NCBI GenBank assembly: GCA_965208575.1 | Contig: CBDBOV010000004.1 | Location: 672,001 to 736,000 of the forward strand | DNA: 64,000 nt | Source of the DNA: Spirochaetia bacterium | GTDB taxonomy: Bacteria > Spirochaetota > Spirochaetia > SZUA-6 > Bin103 | Reading direction: 5' to 3' | In this document: positions 58,792-64,000 of the stretch, one piece after another | How the letters are laid out: the number at the start of each line of letters is the position of its first letter | How positions within the stretch are numbered: the first letter of the stretch is position 1 | Made by a program: the position numbers and the translations under genes | The notes under the pieces: generated by a model | What the model was told of the DNA's origin: nothing | The model's database searches: none | The model's input: the letters and a program-made list of their open reading frames with translations, nothing else

Positions 58792-60348
58792 TCAGCAGCC
58801 CATCAGTTCCGCAATCCGTTCGCCGATCGCCATGCAGGTGTAGTTGGTATTGGCGCGCACGCAGTCGGGCATGATCGACGCGTCGGCCACGCGCAGCCCC
58901 GGCACGCCGTATACCCGGCCGTGTGCATCGACCACCGCGGCCCGGTTGTCGGCGGCGCCCATCCGGCAGGTCGATGAACTGTGGTGGCTGGTCGCCACGG
59001 TGCGCATCAGCCAGTCGTCGAGGGCGGCGTCGCTGCGCAGTTCCTCGTCTGTCGGGCTGATGCGGTGCGCCGCCAGCGGGCGGAAGCCGGAATGCTCCAG
59101 CAGGTCGGCCGCGATGCGAACGCCTTCCCGCAGGCGCTCGCGGTCGAACGCTTCGGCCAGGTAATTGTAGTCCAGCACGGGCAACACGGCGGGATCGCCG
59201 GATCGCAGGCAGACGCTGCCGCTGCCGGCGGCCAGGTAGAGCTGCGGCACCACCGAGAACCCCACCGGCGTCGAGGTCGACGGCCGGTAGTGGCCCTCGC
59301 GGGTGGCGAAGCCGGCGATGATGGTCAGCATGTCGTTGCGCAGCGGCGAACCGGCCGCCGTGTAGCTCAGGCCCACCTGGATGCGCGGCTCCGCGCCCGT
59401 TTGCCGGTGCGCCGCGCCGGTGCGCACCACGACGCTGACCTGAGGATGATCGCGCAGGTTGGCGCCCACGCCGGGCAGGTCGTGAGCCGGGCGCACCCCG
59501 GCCGCGCGCAGTGCGTCCGCGGGCCCGATGCCGGAGCGCAGCAGCAGGTGGGGCGAACCGATTGCGCCGCCGCACAGCACCGTCTCGGCACCGAGGATGC
59601 GCTCGCCCGCCGCCGCCACGCCGATCGCCCGGCCCCGGTCGAGGAGCAGCGCATCGACACGGCACTCCGCCCGGATGGCCAGGTTGGGCCGCCCGCGCGC
59701 CGGGGCGAGGTAGCCGAGCGCCGCGCTCCAGCGGATGCCGCCGCGATTGTTCATCGGCAGCGGTCCCACGCCGGCCGCACCGGGTGCGTTGTGGTCCAGG
59801 CACGCGGCGTAGCCGGCCGCCAGGCAGGCATCGCGGAACGCGCGCTGATCGGGAAGCAGCTCCGGGTCCGTGAAGCGGCGCACCGGGATCGGCCCGTCCC
59901 GGCCATGGTAGGAGTCGCCGAAGTCGGGGTCCGCCTCCACGCGCCGCAGGCTCGGCAACAGCTCCTCGAAGCTCCATCCCGGACAGCCGTCGGCGGCCCA
60001 GGAGTCGTAGTCTTCCGGCACGCCGCGCAGAAAGATCTGCGCATTGATGGCGCTCGACCCGCCCACCACCTTGCCGCGCGGTACGAACATGGCGGGCTGA
60101 CGGCTCGTGGCGCGCGCCCGGTAGCCCCAGCCGAACGCGGTATCCAGCCCGAACGCCCGCGCCCACAGGTCGCGGTCGCGCCCGTAGCCGTAGCGGATCT
60201 CGTCCGGCAGCCTCCCGTCGGGGAAGTCGGGGCCCGCCTCCAACAGCAGCACCCGGCGACCGCGATCTTCGCTGAGCCGCGCCGCCAGCACCGCCCCGGA
60301 GGCCCCGGCGCCGACGATGATTACGTCGTAGCCCTCTGTACGCTGTGC
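58792..60348 (-). CDS. GMC family oxidoreductase (choline dehydrogenase/MftG-like)
   Basis: 'DVIIVGAGASG', 'PRGKVVGGSSAIN', 'GANLRDHP', 'LRVADASIMP...NTN'. Confidence 0.92.
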   Translation of the reverse strand, partial: AQRTEGYDVIIVGAGASGAVLAARLSEDRGRRVLLLEAGPDFPDGRLPDEIRYGYGRDRDLWARAFGLDTAFGWGYRARATSRQPAMFVPRGKVVGGSSAINAQIFLRGVPEDYDSWAADGCPGWSFEELLPSLRRVEADPDFGDSYHGRDGPIPVRRFTDPELLPDQRAFRDACLAAGYAACLDHNAPGAAGVGPLPMNNRGGIRWSAALGYLAPARGRPNLAIRAECRVDALLLDRGRAIGVAAAGERILGAETVLCGGAIGSPHLLLRSGIGPADALRAAGVRPAHDLPGVGANLRDHPQVSVVVRTGAAHRQTGAEPRIQVGLSYTAAGSPLRNDMLTIIAGFATREGHYRPSTSTPVGFSVVPQLYLAAGSGSVCLRSGDPAVLPVLDYNYLAEAFDRERLREGVRIAADLLEHSGFRPLAAHRISPTDEELRSDAALDDWLMRTVATSHHSSSTCRMGAADNRAAVVDAHGRVYGVPGLRVADASIMPDCVRANTNYTCMAIGERIAELMGC

Positions 60349-60526
60349 CACGCTGCACACGATACACGCAGCGCCGCTGTCGCACCATCTTCGCCGCGCC
60401 GATCATGAGGAGAGGAAACCGGACGCCGCCCGGCCGGCCCGGAGACGCGGTCATTGTCGCTCCGCGGGAGCGGCCCTTATATTCGCGACGCCCTTACCTA
60501 CTCGATTACGGAGCACAACCAGAGTC

Positions 60527-61612
60527 ATGTCCGAAACGATCAGATTGGCAGTCATTCCCGGCGACGGCACCGGCCCCGAGGTCACCGCCGAGGCGTGCAA
60601 GGTGCTGGAGGCGGTCGCCCCCCTGGAGGACGTCGCCTTCGAGCGGGTCGACTTCGACTACGGCGGCGACCGCTACCTGGCCACCGGCGAGGTGATCACC
60701 GAACGGCAGATCGACGAACTGCGCCAGTTCGACGCGATCTACCTGGGAGCCATCGGGCACCCGGAGGTGCAGCCGGGCATCCTGGAGAAGGGCCTGCTGC
60801 TGTCGATTCGCTTTCAACTCGACCAGTACATCAACCTGCGCCCGGTCAAGCTCTATCCCGGCGTCGACTGCCCGCTCAAGGACAAGGGGCCGGAGCACAT
60901 CCGCTTCGACGTGATTCGCGAGAACACCGAGGACCTGTACTGCGGCGCCGGCGGCTTCCTGCGCAAGAACACCGCGCAGGAGATCGCCACCCAGGAGATG
61001 ATCGCCACCCGCTTCGGCGCCGACCGCTGTCTGCGCTGGGCATTCGAGCACTGCCGGCGCCGCGACGACCGCCGGCAGCTCACCCTGGTGCACAAGACCA
61101 ACGTGCTCACCTTCGCCGCCAACCTGTGGGAGCGCGCGTTCCACGAAATGGGCGAAGCGGAATTCCCGGACATCACGCGCGACTACAATCACATCGACGC
61201 CGCCTGCATGTGGTTCGTCAAGAACCCCGAGTTCTACGACACCATCGTGGTGCCCAACATGTTCGGCGACATCATTACCGACATCGGGGCGATGATTCAG
61301 GGCGGGCTCGGCGTATCCGCCGGCGGCAACATCAACCCCGACCCGGGCGGCTGCAGCATGTTCGAGTGCATGGGCGGCTCGGCCCCCAAGTATACCGGCC
61401 AGAACGTGATCAACCCGATCGCCGCCATCGCCGCCATGGGCATGCTGCTGAGCGTGATCGGCGAGCAGAAGGGCCTCGACAACCTGGTGCGCGCCGGGCA
61501 GCGGGTGGATGCCGCCATCGGCCAGACCACGCCCAGGATGAGCAGCATGTCCGCCGGCCGGATGGGCCACTCCACCAGCGCGGTCGGAGACCTGGTAGCA
61601 GAGTCGCTGTAA
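60527..61612 (+). CDS. leuB: 3-isopropylmalate dehydrogenase
   Basis: 'IPGDGTGPEV', 'NLRPVKL', 'RENTEDLY', 'NMFGDIITD', 'GGSAPKY'. Confidence 0.88.
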   Translation: MSETIRLAVIPGDGTGPEVTAEACKVLEAVAPLEDVAFERVDFDYGGDRYLATGEVITERQIDELRQFDAIYLGAIGHPEVQPGILEKGLLLSIRFQLDQYINLRPVKLYPGVDCPLKDKGPEHIRFDVIRENTEDLYCGAGGFLRKNTAQEIATQEMIATRFGADRCLRWAFEHCRRRDDRRQLTLVHKTNVLTFAANLWERAFHEMGEAEFPDITRDYNHIDAACMWFVKNPEFYDTIVVPNMFGDIITDIGAMIQGGLGVSAGGNINPDPGGCSMFECMGGSAPKYTGQNVINPIAAIAAMGMLLSVIGEQKGLDNLVRAGQRVDAAIGQTTPRMSSMSAGRMGHSTSAVGDLVAESL

Positions 61613-61621
61613 CCGGGTATC

Positions 61622-62719
61622 ATGCCCGACTCCGGCAGATCCGGCTCGCCGCTGCAGTCCCTGCCGGTTCCGCCGCCGGTGCGCCCCATGCTCGCCAGGC
61701 GGGTGGACGGCATCCCGGACGGCGACCGATGGCTGTTCGAGCCGAAGTGGGACGGTTTCCGCACGCTGGTGTTTCGCCACGGGGATGAGTTGCTGCTGCA
61801 GAGCCGCGACCTCAAGCCGATGAACCGCTACTTCCCGGAGTTGGCGGCGCCGCTGCTGGCACAGCTTCCGCAGCGCTGCGCGGTCGACGGCGAGCTGGTC
61901 ATCGCCGGCGCGGACGGCCTGGAGTTCGAGACCCTGCAGGCGCGCATCCATCCGGCCGCGTCGCGCGTGGCGATGCTGGCCGAGAAGACGCCCGCCTCCC
62001 TGGTGGTGTGGGACCTGCTGTGCCACGACGACCTCGACCTGACGGCGGCGCCGTTCCGCGAACGCCGCGAGCGGCTGCAACGCCTGCTCGCCGCGGCCCG
62101 CCCGCCGCTGCACCTCACGCCGATCACCGCCGCCCGCTCCGAGGCGGAGGACTGGTTCCGGCGCTTCGAGGGGGCCGGCCTGGACGGTGTGATGGCCAAG
62201 GATCCCGACGGCGCATACCTGGCGGGCAAGCGCGCCATGCTGAAGGTCAAGCACCGCCGCACCGCCGACTGCGTGGTGGCCGGACTGCGCTGGCATCGCG
62301 GCGCGCCCGAGGAGCGCGTCGGCTCGTTGCTGCTTGGGCTGTATGACGACGCGCGCCGGTTGCACCACATCGGCGTGATCGGCAGCTTCACCGCCGCTCG
62401 CCGGCGCGCGCTCGTGGAGGAGCTGCGTCCCTTCCGGACGACGGACGACGACCACCCGTGGCACGGCTGGAGCGGCGGCGGCTCGCAGCGCAGACCGGGC
62501 GCGGTGAGCCGCTGGAGCACCGGCAAGGACCTGAGCTGGGTGCCGTTGCGCCCGGGCCTGGTGGTGGAGGTGAGCTACGACCACATGCAGGGCAGCCGCC
62601 TGCGCCACACCGCCCAGTTCATCCGCTGGCGCCCGGACAAGAGCCCGGCCGAGTGCACCTACGACCAGCTCGAAGTCACCGCACCCTACGAGTTGCGGCG
62701 CATCTTCGGCGCCGTCTGA
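61622..62719 (+). CDS. ligC: ATP-dependent DNA ligase (LigC type)
   Basis: 'EPKWDGFR', 'DGELV', 'EGAGLDGVMAK', 'KVKHRRTADCVV', 'RWRPDK'; start may be slightly downstream. Confidence 0.9.
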   Translation: MPDSGRSGSPLQSLPVPPPVRPMLARRVDGIPDGDRWLFEPKWDGFRTLVFRHGDELLLQSRDLKPMNRYFPELAAPLLAQLPQRCAVDGELVIAGADGLEFETLQARIHPAASRVAMLAEKTPASLVVWDLLCHDDLDLTAAPFRERRERLQRLLAAARPPLHLTPITAARSEAEDWFRRFEGAGLDGVMAKDPDGAYLAGKRAMLKVKHRRTADCVVAGLRWHRGAPEERVGSLLLGLYDDARRLHHIGVIGSFTAARRRALVEELRPFRTTDDDHPWHGWSGGGSQRRPGAVSRWSTGKDLSWVPLRPGLVVEVSYDHMQGSRLRHTAQFIRWRPDKSPAECTYDQLEVTAPYELRRIFGAV

Positions 62720-62756
62720 GCAGCCTGGTCGCCGATACTCTCAAGGTCAGCCTCGC

Positions 62757-64000
62757 CTACTCCGGCTCCGCGAGCCAGCGCTCGATCCTGGCGCCGATGT
62801 CGATGTCGCACGCGCCGGCCGCGGACTCGACAGCCGGGTCGGACCGCACGCGACGGATCGGTTCCGCCCTGATCCGCTCGCGGCTCCGGTACACGAGCAG
62901 GCACCCGGTGGGTGGTTCGCGCGCGTCGCCGCTCCTGTCGAGGACGACGTACCGGTATGCCCCCGTGGTAAACAGGTAGTAGAGCCCGGCGCGGCCGCCC
63001 ACCTCCTCGATCACTCTGCCCTCGCCCAGCAACAGATCGGGGTCGCCATCCGGCGAGGTTTCCACGCGCCAGGAAGCATAGCGCGGCCTGCTGCCCACCT
63101 GGTCGATTCTGATGCGGTGCGAAGGGCCGACCCACTCCAGGAGGCGAGTGTCCCGCGACTCCGACTCGCCGCCGCGCATCTGTGCCGCCTGCCCGCCTGC
63201 GCCGACGAGCGACGGGTTGCCGGACAGATCGAGAACAAGGTCGACGCGCCCGCGCAGCGACGCCGGAACGACACCCTCGAGATCGTTGTCGGCAAGATTC
63301 ATCACCTCGAGCCGGGTCAGGTCGTGAACCGTGATGGGCGGGATTGTGCCGTCCAGCTTGTTGCCGGACAGGTCCAGCGCTTCCAGGCTGGCAAGCGCGG
63401 CCAACCGGTCCGGTATCGGTCCGCTGAGTACGTTACCCCCGAGATCGAGCCTCTCGAGGTCGGACAGATTGCCGAGATCGGCCGGAATCGGCCCGCTCAG
63501 CCGATTGTAACTGAGATCGAGGCTCTCCAACTCGGCCAGATAGCCAATGGCGCCGGGAATGCGACCACTCAGCTTGTTGCCGGACAAGGACAGTGTCTGC
63601 AGATCGGCGAGTGCGCCCAGCTCGCTCGGTATGACGCCGCTCAGCTCGTTGTAGCGCAGGTCGAGCACCTCCAGGTCGGCAAGGCTGCCCAGTTCGCTCG
63701 GTATGCTCCCGGTCAGCGCGTTACCGGCGAGATCCAGCGTCTCCAGGTCGGCGAGGAGTCCCAATTCCGCCCGGATCGCTCCGCTCAGTTCGTTGTGCGA
63801 CAGGTCCAGCATCTCGAGGTCGGACAGGGCGGCCAGCGCAGCCGGGATGCTGCCGCTGAGCCGGTTGTGGGCGAGGTCGAGCCGCTCCAGTTCGGAGAGG
63901 CGGCCAAGCTCGACCGGAATTTCGCCGTCCAGCCGCCGCCACGGAAGCGACACGTGAGTCACTCGCATGACCGACGCATCCACCGTGACGCCGTCCCACT
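62757..64000 (-). CDS. Leucine-rich repeat protein (24-aa plant-type LRR) with uncharacterised C-terminal domain; 5' end outside window
   Basis: About 9-10 repeats of LxxLxxLDLSxNxLSGxIPxxLG; the LRRNT-like 'WDGVTVD' continues to the window edge. Confidence 0.9.
   Translation of the reverse strand, partial: WDGVTVDASVMRVTHVSLPWRRLDGEIPVELGRLSELERLDLAHNRLSGSIPAALAALSDLEMLDLSHNELSGAIRAELGLLADLETLDLAGNALTGSIPSELGSLADLEVLDLRYNELSGVIPSELGALADLQTLSLSGNKLSGRIPGAIGYLAELESLDLSYNRLSGPIPADLGNLSDLERLDLGGNVLSGPIPDRLAALASLEALDLSGNKLDGTIPPITVHDLTRLEVMNLADNDLEGVVPASLRGRVDLVLDLSGNPSLVGAGGQAAQMRGGESESRDTRLLEWVGPSHRIRIDQVGSRPRYASWRVETSPDGDPDLLLGEGRVIEEVGGRAGLYYLFTTGAYRYVVLDRSGDAREPPTGCLLVYRSRERIRAEPIRRVRSDPAVESAAGACDIDIGARIERWLAEPE

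Noticed and set aside
57040-60348. Mycofactocin cluster (MftG-like GMC oxidoreductase with LLM and SDR nearby)
   Set aside because: No mftA precursor, mftB or radical SAM mftC in the window; these families are generic.
1-64000. Many long antisense or alternate-frame ORFs (e.g. 6720-8375, 8929-11088, 38448-40589, 46305-48812, 60506-62608)
   Set aside because: Shadow ORFs expected in GC-rich DNA; Arg/Ala/Gly/Pro-rich, no motifs, and overlapping well-supported genes.

Overview
Very GC-rich bacterial window. It probably comes from a host-associated lineage, possibly a sponge symbiont from the Spirochaetales. This is inference only, from Cys-less 'AGGxEE' substrate-binding-protein leaders, plant-type LRR, VHL, CRTAC1 and HEAT proteins, and many PhyH and toxin-antitoxin (TA) genes. 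The core is a complete selenocysteine (Sec) operon: selC, UGA-recoded selD, selA and selB. The tRNA-Sec has a non-canonical 12-bp acceptor+T branch. A Sec client hidden from the ORF track, an OsmC-like selenoprotein, lies at 4896-5396 with an in-frame UGA and a SECIS-like hairpin. Other content: two ATPase-less peptide/nickel-type ABC clusters whose three SBP genes share an upstream AACGTT palindrome, glycan and sugar-acid catabolic genes (GH127, GH20, L-fuconate dehydratase), a sigma54 two-component system with a PDZ target gene, and a candidate ~195-nt structured sRNA. There is also a membrane protein with a VHL beta domain that keeps its hydroxyproline pocket, a DUF222-HNH gene, and many intact or decayed TA, defence and IS genes. 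All family calls come from motif recognition, not database searches.
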